Origin: Bdellovibrionales bacterium
GTDB taxonomy: Bacteria > Bdellovibrionota > Bdellovibrionia > Bdellovibrionales > UBA1609
Assembly (NCBI GenBank): GCA_027317865.1
Contig: DAHVQG010000008.1
Span: 64,001 to 128,000, forward strand
DNA: 64,000 nucleotides
Reading direction: 5' to 3'
Below the pieces are notes generated by a model, which ran no database searches, was not told the origin of the DNA, and worked only from the letters and a program-made list of their open reading frames with translations. Positions 9,792 to 17,792 of the stretch are shown here, piece by piece (within the stretch, counting starts at the first letter, position 1; each line of letters opens with the position of its first letter). The position numbers and the translations under genes are program-made.

Positions 9792-12401
9792 TCAAATTGA
9801 AACATCTTTTCGCCCAACAACCGACAATACAAAGGGTTTAGAAAAAATCTTGCGCGCAAGCTTTTGGATCGACTCAGCATCAACTGACTGAATACGTTCA
9901 GAAAAATGTTCTGATTCGTCAAACTGTAAACCGTAAAGTTCATCAAATAAAAACGCGTCCGCAACTGCTCCCGTGTGTTGTCGAGAAATATCATGCCGCC
10001 CCAAAACATATCGTTTCGCCCGCTCAAGTTCACGTGCATTGACCTTTTCTTCCGTTAGGCGCTGAAAATTCTCAATGATCATTTTAACTGCGAGCGGCCC
10101 CTTTTCTGGAGAACAGCCAATATATGCTCCGAAGTAGCCTGGCTCCATTCCATCCATGCGTATGGGCGAAACCGTGTAGGCAAGTGACTTTTTATCCCGT
10201 AGTTCAACAAAAAGTCGCCCCCCCTGACCAGACAAGAGCGCCTGCATTACCTCAAGCGAATGGCGATTTTGATCTTCAAATGTCAGGCCACGATAGCCGA
10301 TAGCGATATGACTTTGCTCGCGATCTAAAAATGAATACTCATGCTTGTTTGTCAAAAGATCGGGCATTTCCAGATCTTGATCGGATACGCTTTCTCCTGA
10401 AAAAATTTTTAACTCCTCTTCGAGATGCTTTGCAAAGTTTTGGAGATCGAGGTCGCCTACTGCCGAAATAACTAAATTCGCGGGATTTTTTAAACCGGCA
10501 AGATAACGGGCGATTGGCGCGCGTGAGAGCCGCTCAACATCGGCGTTTTCGCCAATTGGGTCGCGCGCGTATGGATGTCCGTCAAACATCAGGCGCATGA
10601 ACGCGAGTAAACATTTTTGGGATGGTTTATCGTTTCTTGTCTTTAGCTGCTCTTTCATCAGAATTTTTTCGCGATCTATCGCATCTTCGGGCAGACGTGG
10701 ATCTATAAACACCTCGCCTAAAACTTCAACGACGCGAGAAAAATATGGTTTAAGCATGGTGGCTGATAGTCCGACCGTGTTTCGTCCGCCAAAACCCCCA
10801 AGGCTCGACGCCATGTTTTCTATCTCGACATTTAACTCGTGCTCGGTGAGCGCCTGAGTTCCTGAAGGCCACACGCGGGCAAGTAATTCATTTGCGCCTA
10901 ATAAATCTCGCGGCTCAAATCGAAGCCCCCCAAGCAACCCGATGCGCACACTAGTAACCGGCGAACCCACAATCTGACGACCGACGACTCTTGCCCCACT
11001 GCTTAAAACATATTTTTGCGGTTTTCGCGGTGCGATTTGGCGTGGGGGTGACCATTTTATTCCCGCTCCGGAAAGTCTTTTTGTTTTAAGCTGCGCTTTT
11101 TTGCGCCAGGCCGCGAATTCGCGAACGAAATTCGTTTGCCATTTTTTAATTTTATTTTGGCTGAGCGCTTCTTCTTCAGGGGCGAGATAACTGACCGCCA
11201 CCGTTCGTGGATTCAAATATTTTCTCGCAACTCTTTGGATGTCTGCCGTCGTTAGGGTCGAGGTTTCTTTTAGAATGCGATCAAATTCTTTATAGTTAGA
11301 AAAAATGAACTCAAAATGCCCAAATAGGCCGGCTTGACCGTCGACTGACTCCATTGAGTAAAATTTTTCACTTTCCATTTGCCTTATGGTTTTTTTGAGC
11401 TCGTCAGCAGTGGGCCCAGATTGAATTATTTCACCCACAACGGCGGTGATTTCTGCCAGCGCCTCATCAAGATATTTGCCGTCAAGACTTGCCGAAATGG
11501 CAAAAAACCCCGACTCTTTTGGGCTAAAAACGCTGGCCCCGATGGAAGTCACTAGTCTTTTTGTATTCCGCACTTGGTGAATAAGCCGCGAACTATCGCC
11601 TTGCCCCAAAATTGCGGCAAGCGCCAATAGCGCTACAGAATCTTTGTGCTTGGCCCCGGGGGTACAAAATCCGATATGTAAAAAACTTTCTGCAAACTGA
11701 CTTTTTTTAACACTAATGAGCGGCGTTTTATGTGCTATCTCACCGGAACGGCGCACTTTTAGCAATTTGTGCCGGGCGATCGGCTCAAAAAAACTGGCCA
11801 CTTTTTTCTTCATTTCAGTCGGATTAAAATCTCCGACAACAATCAAATTCATATTTTGCGGCACATACCGGGCATTGTAATAATTTAAAATTGATTTTTT
11901 GGGGACACGTCGGATGTTCTCTTCATAGCCAATGACCGGCACGCGATAAGGGTGACGTTTATAAAGCGTGGAAAATAGCTGCCGGCTCGCCTGCTGATAC
12001 GGGTTATCAAGGGCGCGCTTAATTTCTTCAATAACCACTTCGCGCTCGTTATTGATCTCTTGTTCGTCAAATCGCGGGTGACCAATCATTTCACTAATAA
12101 CTTCCATCCCCGAGTCTACAAACTGACTTGAAATTGTGACGTAAAATACCGTTTGATCAAACGAAGTATAGGCATTAAGAACGCCGCCCGAACTTTCAAT
12201 CGCCTGAGCCATTTCACCAACACCAAATTTTTCTGACCCTTTGAAAACCAAATGTTCGATAAAGTGGCTGATCCCTTCGATTCCCTTTTTTTCGTCCGCC
12301 GAGCCCGTTTTCACCCATAGCTGAACAGAAACAACGGGCGATTTTCGATTCTCGATTAAAACCACGTTGAGTCCGTTTTTGAGTTGATATTTTGTTGTCA
12401 T
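9792..12401 (-). CDS. M16 family zinc metallopeptidase (pitrilysin/PqqL-like, two-module)
   Basis: Inverzincin HFIEH motif, NAYTSFDQT, EREVVIEE; second inactive module with RLFVELRDKKSLAY. Confidence 0.93.
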   Translation of the reverse strand: MTTKYQLKNGLNVVLIENRKSPVVSVQLWVKTGSADEKKGIEGISHFIEHLVFKGSEKFGVGEMAQAIESSGGVLNAYTSFDQTVFYVTISSQFVDSGMEVISEMIGHPRFDEQEINNEREVVIEEIKRALDNPYQQASRQLFSTLYKRHPYRVPVIGYEENIRRVPKKSILNYYNARYVPQNMNLIVVGDFNPTEMKKKVASFFEPIARHKLLKVRRSGEIAHKTPLISVKKSQFAESFLHIGFCTPGAKHKDSVALLALAAILGQGDSSRLIHQVRNTKRLVTSIGASVFSPKESGFFAISASLDGKYLDEALAEITAVVGEIIQSGPTADELKKTIRQMESEKFYSMESVDGQAGLFGHFEFIFSNYKEFDRILKETSTLTTADIQRVARKYLNPRTVAVSYLAPEEEALSQNKIKKWQTNFVREFAAWRKKAQLKTKRLSGAGIKWSPPRQIAPRKPQKYVLSSGARVVGRQIVGSPVTSVRIGLLGGLRFEPRDLLGANELLARVWPSGTQALTEHELNVEIENMASSLGGFGGRNTVGLSATMLKPYFSRVVEVLGEVFIDPRLPEDAIDREKILMKEQLKTRNDKPSQKCLLAFMRLMFDGHPYARDPIGENADVERLSRAPIARYLAGLKNPANLVISAVGDLDLQNFAKHLEEELKIFSGESVSDQDLEMPDLLTNKHEYSFLDREQSHIAIGYRGLTFEDQNRHSLEVMQALLSGQGGRLFVELRDKKSLAYTVSPIRMDGMEPGYFGAYIGCSPEKGPLAVKMIIENFQRLTEEKVNARELERAKRYVLGRHDISRQHTGAVADAFLFDELYGLQFDESEHFSERIQSVDAESIQKLARKIFSKPFVLSVVGRKDVSI

Positions 12402-12419
12402 AGATTAAACACCCTTTCT

Positions 12420-13670
12420 ATGGGACCGCTTGGTTTTGGCATCTATATTCACATTCCCTACTGTTTGCAGAAATGTCTTTACTGCGACTTTGTCACGATT
12501 GATCTGCAGCGCAGAAGCTCAACCCCTCCACCTGATGAATACGTATCGTGTTTGCTCACAGAACTTGATCTTCGCGCCGAAGATATTCGGTCCGCTTTAT
12601 CGAGTGAGCTGCCGCTGACTTCGATTTACTTCGGCGGGGGTACCCCAAGCTTGCTCGCAGCCAAAGATATTTTAGCGGTGCTCAATAAAATTGCAACGCT
12701 AGGATTCTCGCGCGCTCCTAACTGTGAGATCACAATCGAGATCAATCCCGGCACGATAGACGCTGAGAAGCTTGACCTTTATCTAGCTTCTGGAGTGAAT
12801 CGTTTCAGCGTTGGGGCGCAAACCTTTCGCGATGATTTTTTGCGCGCCTGCGGCCGAGAACACACGGCGCAAATGACGCGAGAAACACTGCGCCTTCTTT
12901 CGGGGCGAAATCTCAACTTCTCGTTTGATTTACTCTTTGGCCTGCCCCATCAAAACCTAAATGATTTAAGCGACGATCTTTCAGAGCTTATCGCATTCTC
13001 CCCGCCGCACGTCAGCCTTTACAATTTAACTGTGCCGCAAAATCATCCCATGAATCGCGGTCGCGCCACGGATGAGGTGCAGTCACAGATGTTCGAAGTA
13101 ATCGAAACAGAACTTCAAGCCGTGGGACTTCGCCGCTATGAAATCTCAAATTTTTCTAAAACCGGATTTGAATCGCGACACAATTGCCTTTACTGGCAAG
13201 GGCTGCCGTATTGGGGGGTTGGTATTGCCGCGCATTCTTTTTTGCCAGAAGTGGGACCGTTTGGCTCTCGCTTTTCTAACCCCTCATCGACAAAGGTTTG
13301 GATGAACCAAATATCCGGAGCTTCGCTCTTACAAGACGAAAGCCCTCTTCGCTTTTGGGAAAACTTACCAAAAGCTCAGGTTGAACGGTTATTTCTGCAT
13401 GAGGCTTTGACCGATTTTTTTCACACACATTTGCGACAAACAAGGGGGTTTTCGTGGCAAGAATTCCGCACGACGCTTCAATCGTTTCAGGTCGAAAATA
13501 CTTATATTCAAAAAATAATATGTCTAGCCCAGACTCGCGCCGACGAATTAAAACGTACCAAGCTTATTGTTGCAAATGATGGCCGGATTCGACTCACACC
13601 TACCGGGTACGCCTTGGCCAATGCCGTCTTTTTAAAGTTTACTTTTTTGCCGGATGAGCTTCGTTTCTAA
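12420..13670 (+). CDS. hemW: Radical SAM heme chaperone HemW (HemN-like)
   Basis: YIHIPYCxxxCxYCDF, GGGTPS, YEISNF, HNxxYW; start moved to ATG 12420 to avoid overlap with the divergent gene. Confidence 0.9.
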   Translation: MGPLGFGIYIHIPYCLQKCLYCDFVTIDLQRRSSTPPPDEYVSCLLTELDLRAEDIRSALSSELPLTSIYFGGGTPSLLAAKDILAVLNKIATLGFSRAPNCEITIEINPGTIDAEKLDLYLASGVNRFSVGAQTFRDDFLRACGREHTAQMTRETLRLLSGRNLNFSFDLLFGLPHQNLNDLSDDLSELIAFSPPHVSLYNLTVPQNHPMNRGRATDEVQSQMFEVIETELQAVGLRRYEISNFSKTGFESRHNCLYWQGLPYWGVGIAAHSFLPEVGPFGSRFSNPSSTKVWMNQISGASLLQDESPLRFWENLPKAQVERLFLHEALTDFFHTHLRQTRGFSWQEFRTTLQSFQVENTYIQKIICLAQTRADELKRTKLIVANDGRIRLTPTGYALANAVFLKFTFLPDELRF

Positions 13671-13674
13671 GTGC

Positions 13675-13702
13675 TTGACAGCGCTTGTTTATCACTCATA
13701 TT
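13675..13702 (+). promoter_or_regulatory. Sigma70-type promoter for grpE-dnaJ
   Basis: TTGACA (13675-13680)-N16-CATATT (13697-13702), 8 nt before the ATG; no SD. Confidence 0.55.
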
Positions 13703-13710
13703 GAAACCGT

Positions 13711-14322
13711 ATGACAAAACCGCCCCATGACAAAAAGCATTCTAGCCCTGGCGCTGAAACCACTGATGAATCGGCGCATGAGCAAAGTTCTGAAGCGCAA
13801 GATATCGAAATCGAATCTGTTGGTTTGCCTGACGAAGGCGCCGTTATGCCAGATAAAAAGCTCAAGGCTGCGCTTGACGAAGTCGCAAAATGGAAGAACG
13901 ACTATCTGTATTTGCGCGCGGATTTTGATAATTACCGTAAAAGCGTCATTAAAGAGCGCGCCGATTTGATTAAGTACGGGTGTGAACGGCTTATCATCGA
14001 ACTCCTTGGCTTTTTAGACACTGTTGATCGTGTTCTTCAAATGCAAATGACGCCTGAAAATGTAGAACAATTTAGGTCTGGTTTTGAAATGACAGCCAAT
14101 GAGTTAAAAAACGTGTTACAGCAATTCGGGGTTAAAGAGCTTGAGGCTGCGGGCCAGGCGTTTAATCCTGCTGAACATGAGGCCGTCAGTAGTGAAGAGA
14201 CCGACCTGGTGCCCCCAGGGCATATTTTTCGCGTATTTAAAAAGGCTTACAAGCTTCATGATCGCTTGATTCGGCCAGCACAAGTTGTGGTAGCCAAAGA
14301 GTTGACTCCAAAAGAAAGCTAA
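13711..14322 (+). CDS. grpE: Nucleotide exchange factor GrpE
   Basis: YLRADFDNYRK, FNPAEHEAV, YKLHDRLIRPAQVVV. Confidence 0.95.
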   Translation: MTKPPHDKKHSSPGAETTDESAHEQSSEAQDIEIESVGLPDEGAVMPDKKLKAALDEVAKWKNDYLYLRADFDNYRKSVIKERADLIKYGCERLIIELLGFLDTVDRVLQMQMTPENVEQFRSGFEMTANELKNVLQQFGVKELEAAGQAFNPAEHEAVSSEETDLVPPGHIFRVFKKAYKLHDRLIRPAQVVVAKELTPKES

Positions 14323-14328
14323 GGGCCT

Positions 14329-15312
14329 ATGCCGAAACCTGATTTTTATTCGGTTCTTGGGGTTTCGCGAAACGCCACTCCCGAAGAAATCAAGAAAGCC
14401 TACCGTAAGCTGGCCATGCAGTACCATCCGGATAAGAATCCGGGCAACAAAGCCGCAGAAGATAAATTCAAAGAGGTCAGCGAAGCTTACGAGGTTCTAC
14501 ATAATCCTAAAAATCGTGAAGTTTACGATAATTTCGGCCATGCCGGGGGCCAAGGGCCCGGACAACCGGGTCAGCATGGATTTTATACCGGCCCGAATTT
14601 TGAGGACTTCGATTTTGAACCATTCCGTCAGACTTATACCACACAGTCGGCTTACGATTTATTTAACGATATTTTTGGCGACGTATTTACTCATCGCGCC
14701 CGACGGGGCCCGGTCCGCACCCGCGGGGCGGATCTCCGCTACAATTTAACAATCTCGTATGAAGATGCCGCTCGCGGAGCTGAAAAGCAGATTCGATTTA
14801 TGCGCGATCGAAATGGTCGCGAAGACACGGCTACACTTATTGTAAGTGTGCCCCCAGGAGTGAATAATGGGCAACGTCTCAAACTGAAAGGCGAAGGCGA
14901 CTCGGGTCGCGGCGGCGGAGAAAATGGAGATCTGTACGTCATCGTGTCGCTGCATGAACACCCGCTGTTTAAAAGACAAGGCAACAATGTGTTAATGGAT
15001 TTACCGTTGTCCTTTGTTGACGCTATCGGCGGCACGGAAGTTGAGGTGCCGACATTGACGGGGCGAGCTACTGTTAAAGTTCCCCCAAGTACGCATCCGG
15101 GCCAAGTTTTTCGCCTGCGCGGCAAAGGCTTTAAGGAATTGAACAGCACGCGAGTGGGCGATATGCTTCTCAGAGTGGTCGTCGATATACCCGCGAGTCT
15201 TACCGCTGAGCAAATGGAGTCGCTTCGTCGCATAATGGGCGGGGGAGAGTCCACGCCGCTAGTGAGAGAATTTAAAGATAAAGTGAAAAAAGTTTTTGAA
15301 AGTCGAAAGTAA
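14329..15312 (+). CDS. dnaJ: DnaJ-class co-chaperone, type II (J domain + G/F + CTD, no zinc finger)
   Basis: [26 protein letters not shown]; no CxxCxGxG repeats. Confidence 0.85.
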   Translation: MPKPDFYSVLGVSRNATPEEIKKAYRKLAMQYHPDKNPGNKAAEDKFKEVSEAYEVLHNPKNREVYDNFGHAGGQGPGQPGQHGFYTGPNFEDFDFEPFRQTYTTQSAYDLFNDIFGDVFTHRARRGPVRTRGADLRYNLTISYEDAARGAEKQIRFMRDRNGREDTATLIVSVPPGVNNGQRLKLKGEGDSGRGGGENGDLYVIVSLHEHPLFKRQGNNVLMDLPLSFVDAIGGTEVEVPTLTGRATVKVPPSTHPGQVFRLRGKGFKELNSTRVGDMLLRVVVDIPASLTAEQMESLRRIMGGGESTPLVREFKDKVKKVFESRK

Positions 15313-15317
15313 CCTTT

Positions 15318-17291
15318 GTGAAAATCCTGCGCATCTTTTTAATTGCTGAGTTATTGTTTGTTGTGGGCTGCGCACTTACAAAACAGGCTCCGCCGCCTTC
15401 GGCCCCTGATTTTCAGCGCCAGATGACCATCATTCGAATCGACATACAAAGGCATTACTTTAAGGCCGCCACTTGGCGGCTCGAACATCTTCTTGCGCAG
15501 AATCCGCAGGTGCGCGGCTCTGACGATGCCTATATTTTACTCGGCGACCTTTATTATCGTGCCGGTCATTACACAAAATCGTATCGCGCTTTTATTTCAG
15601 TATTAAACTGGAAATATTTAAGTACGCGCGATGCCGATGCGGAAATTGGCGCAGCCCGCGCTTTGTACAAACTTTCGCGCTACGATGAAGCTTTGAATTT
15701 TACAAAGACCCTTCTGCGTCAAAGTGGCGTTCCGGCCCCGATCCTGTACGAAGCCAACTATTTACAGTTTAACATTCAATGGCAACTTGGCGATCACCTC
15801 GATGCCCTGCGCTCTCTTGTTTATCTCGCAGAAAATTCAAAAAACCCTGAACTTCGTGAACAGTATCACATTCGGGCTATGGATATTGCCGATTCTGGCT
15901 TAACGGAGGCTCAAATTCGGACCATCGCCAACGACCCCAGTTTCGGATTCGTGCAGGTTCCCGCACTTTACCACGTAGGCGTTGAGGATTTTAAAAGTCA
16001 TGATTTAGAAGACGCGCAAAACGCATTTGAAAATATAATTAATGACGCTCCAAATTCCGATCTCGCCCAAAGCGCACAAAATTATATCCAGCAAATTAAT
16101 GCTCAACAGACCGTCGCCCCGTTTACGATCGGCGCCGTTTTGCCCATTACCAATAAAAACGAAATGATCCACCAGAGCGCGCTTCGTACGCTGCGCGGCC
16201 TAGAGCTAGGCTTAGGTATTTTCAATCGTGATCCGTCGGATTTTAAATTGGCCGTTGTCGATAGCCGAGACAATCCCGACATGGCTAAGCGTGCTGTTGA
16301 AAAACTTGTCGTAAAAGACCACGCAATTGCAATTGTCGGCGATATTCTTTCGCACACAGCACTTGCCGTTGCTCAAGAGGGTCAGGAGCTCGGGGTTCCG
16401 GTCATCAGCCTTTCGCAAAAGCTAAACGTCACAAATGTCGGAAACGACGTCTTTCAAAATGCGCTTACCGGAACCGCACTCGTCAAAAAACTGGTTAAAA
16501 CGGCCATGGATAAATATGGCATGCGTCGCTTTGCCATATTGTACCCAAATGACGGTTACGGAGTTAAATACGCGAATCTTTTCTGGGACGAGGTCGCAGC
16601 TCGGGGCGGCGTCATTGCAGGCGCACAGATCTATCCGCAAGATGAAACGAATTTTAGTGGTTCTGTTTCTCGGCTCCTTGGAACGTTTTATCTTGAAGCG
16701 CGTGAGAACGAATACATCGCACGACTGAAAAAGTGGTATAAAAAACGCGAGGCGCTTTCTACTCAACCTCGAATTCCAAATGATATCTTGCCGCCCATTA
16801 CTGACTTTGATGCGATATTTATACCCGACGATGTTGTATCACTCGGCCAAATTACGGCGCGTCTTGTGGCCAGTAACGTGGGCAAAAATGTTTGGTTATT
16901 AGGGACAAACCTTTGGAATACGCCCGGGTTAATTACGCGCGGAACCGCCATGGTCAATCAAACATTGTTTGTCGATTCGACAGGCGTCAGCGAAAGCTCC
17001 TTTACTCGCACGCCCTTTTATTTACGCTATGAAAAAATCTTTGGCGAAGCCCCAACTATATTTGAGGCACAGGCTTATGATACCGGTCGAATTTTAAAGA
17101 AGCTCATCGATGGTGGTGTTCGCACTCGCCCTGACCTTCGCGATGCTTTGGCTAGAATTCAACACTTTCACGGGCTTGTGGGTGACATCAGTGTCGATAG
17201 TGATCGTGAGTTTTCTCGTCCTTTAACGGTTCTAACCGTAAGCAACGGCCAAATCGTACCCGCAAACGGGCCCTCTAACAGTTCGAATTAA
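15318..17291 (+). CDS. LpoA-like lipoprotein (TPR N-terminus + periplasmic-binding-protein fold), putative PBP activator
   Basis: Signal peptide with VVGC lipobox, TPR-like helices, IGAVLP...AILYP...FDAIFIPD...LLGTNLW...AQAYD. Confidence 0.75.
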   Translation: MKILRIFLIAELLFVVGCALTKQAPPPSAPDFQRQMTIIRIDIQRHYFKAATWRLEHLLAQNPQVRGSDDAYILLGDLYYRAGHYTKSYRAFISVLNWKYLSTRDADAEIGAARALYKLSRYDEALNFTKTLLRQSGVPAPILYEANYLQFNIQWQLGDHLDALRSLVYLAENSKNPELREQYHIRAMDIADSGLTEAQIRTIANDPSFGFVQVPALYHVGVEDFKSHDLEDAQNAFENIINDAPNSDLAQSAQNYIQQINAQQTVAPFTIGAVLPITNKNEMIHQSALRTLRGLELGLGIFNRDPSDFKLAVVDSRDNPDMAKRAVEKLVVKDHAIAIVGDILSHTALAVAQEGQELGVPVISLSQKLNVTNVGNDVFQNALTGTALVKKLVKTAMDKYGMRRFAILYPNDGYGVKYANLFWDEVAARGGVIAGAQIYPQDETNFSGSVSRLLGTFYLEARENEYIARLKKWYKKREALSTQPRIPNDILPPITDFDAIFIPDDVVSLGQITARLVASNVGKNVWLLGTNLWNTPGLITRGTAMVNQTLFVDSTGVSESSFTRTPFYLRYEKIFGEAPTIFEAQAYDTGRILKKLIDGGVRTRPDLRDALARIQHFHGLVGDISVDSDREFSRPLTVLTVSNGQIVPANGPSNSSN

Positions 17292-17338
17292 CCTGGCGCG
17301 TCCATTTACCTGTCTCATTTGCTGAAGGGGGGTGCTCA

Positions 17339-17707
17339 ATGGGTGCCGTTCCAGAAAAGATACTAACCTTATGTCGAGAAAAACTCATAGCTACAAAGTC
17401 CGATCTGCTCAATCGGATTCGCGACAATTACCACGAATACCGGTCGCGCGACACGGGCGGCGACGAAACAGACCAGGCTGTCGACGTGCTAGCCGAACGT
17501 CAGTTTCTAATTAATCAAGACCGTCTGCGATTTCAACTTCTTGAAATTGAAATCGCTTTAGCCAAGATGGAGCGCGGGATCTACGGGGTTTGCGAAGAAA
17601 CCGATGAGCCCATTGAAGTCGAGCGGTTGTTGTCGCTCCCCTGGACTCGCCTCAGTGTTGAGGGAGCCGAGATTCGCGAAGACTTGTCTAAACGTCGCGC
17701 CAAATAA
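17339..17707 (+). CDS. dksA: DksA/TraR family transcription factor (one-Cys type)
   Basis: DETDQA coiled-coil tip (DxxDxA); YGVCEETDEPIEVERLLSLPWTRLS. Confidence 0.85.
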   Translation: MGAVPEKILTLCREKLIATKSDLLNRIRDNYHEYRSRDTGGDETDQAVDVLAERQFLINQDRLRFQLLEIEIALAKMERGIYGVCEETDEPIEVERLLSLPWTRLSVEGAEIREDLSKRRAK

Positions 17708-17735
17708 ATTCCAGATTTAAATTATAGATTAGTAC

Positions 17736-17762
17736 TAAAGCGTCCGCGAACAAATCCGAAAA
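17736..17762 (+). promoter_or_regulatory. Putative sigma28 (FliA) promoter upstream of lon
   Basis: TAAA (17736-17739)-N15-TCCGAAAA (17755-17762) versus consensus TAAA-N15-GCCGATAA. Confidence 0.55.
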
Positions 17763-17792
17763 GATATTAAGCGTAATGTTCGCGGAGGCATC

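Noticed and set aside
11926..11939. 14-mer TAGCCAATGACCGG repeated at 54896
   Set aside because: Distant 14-bp matches are expected by chance in 64 kb
13669..13715. CIRCE-like half sites (AAGTGCTTG, TTATCACTC) before grpE
   Set aside because: Wrong order and spacing for TTAGCACTC-N9-GAGTGCTAA
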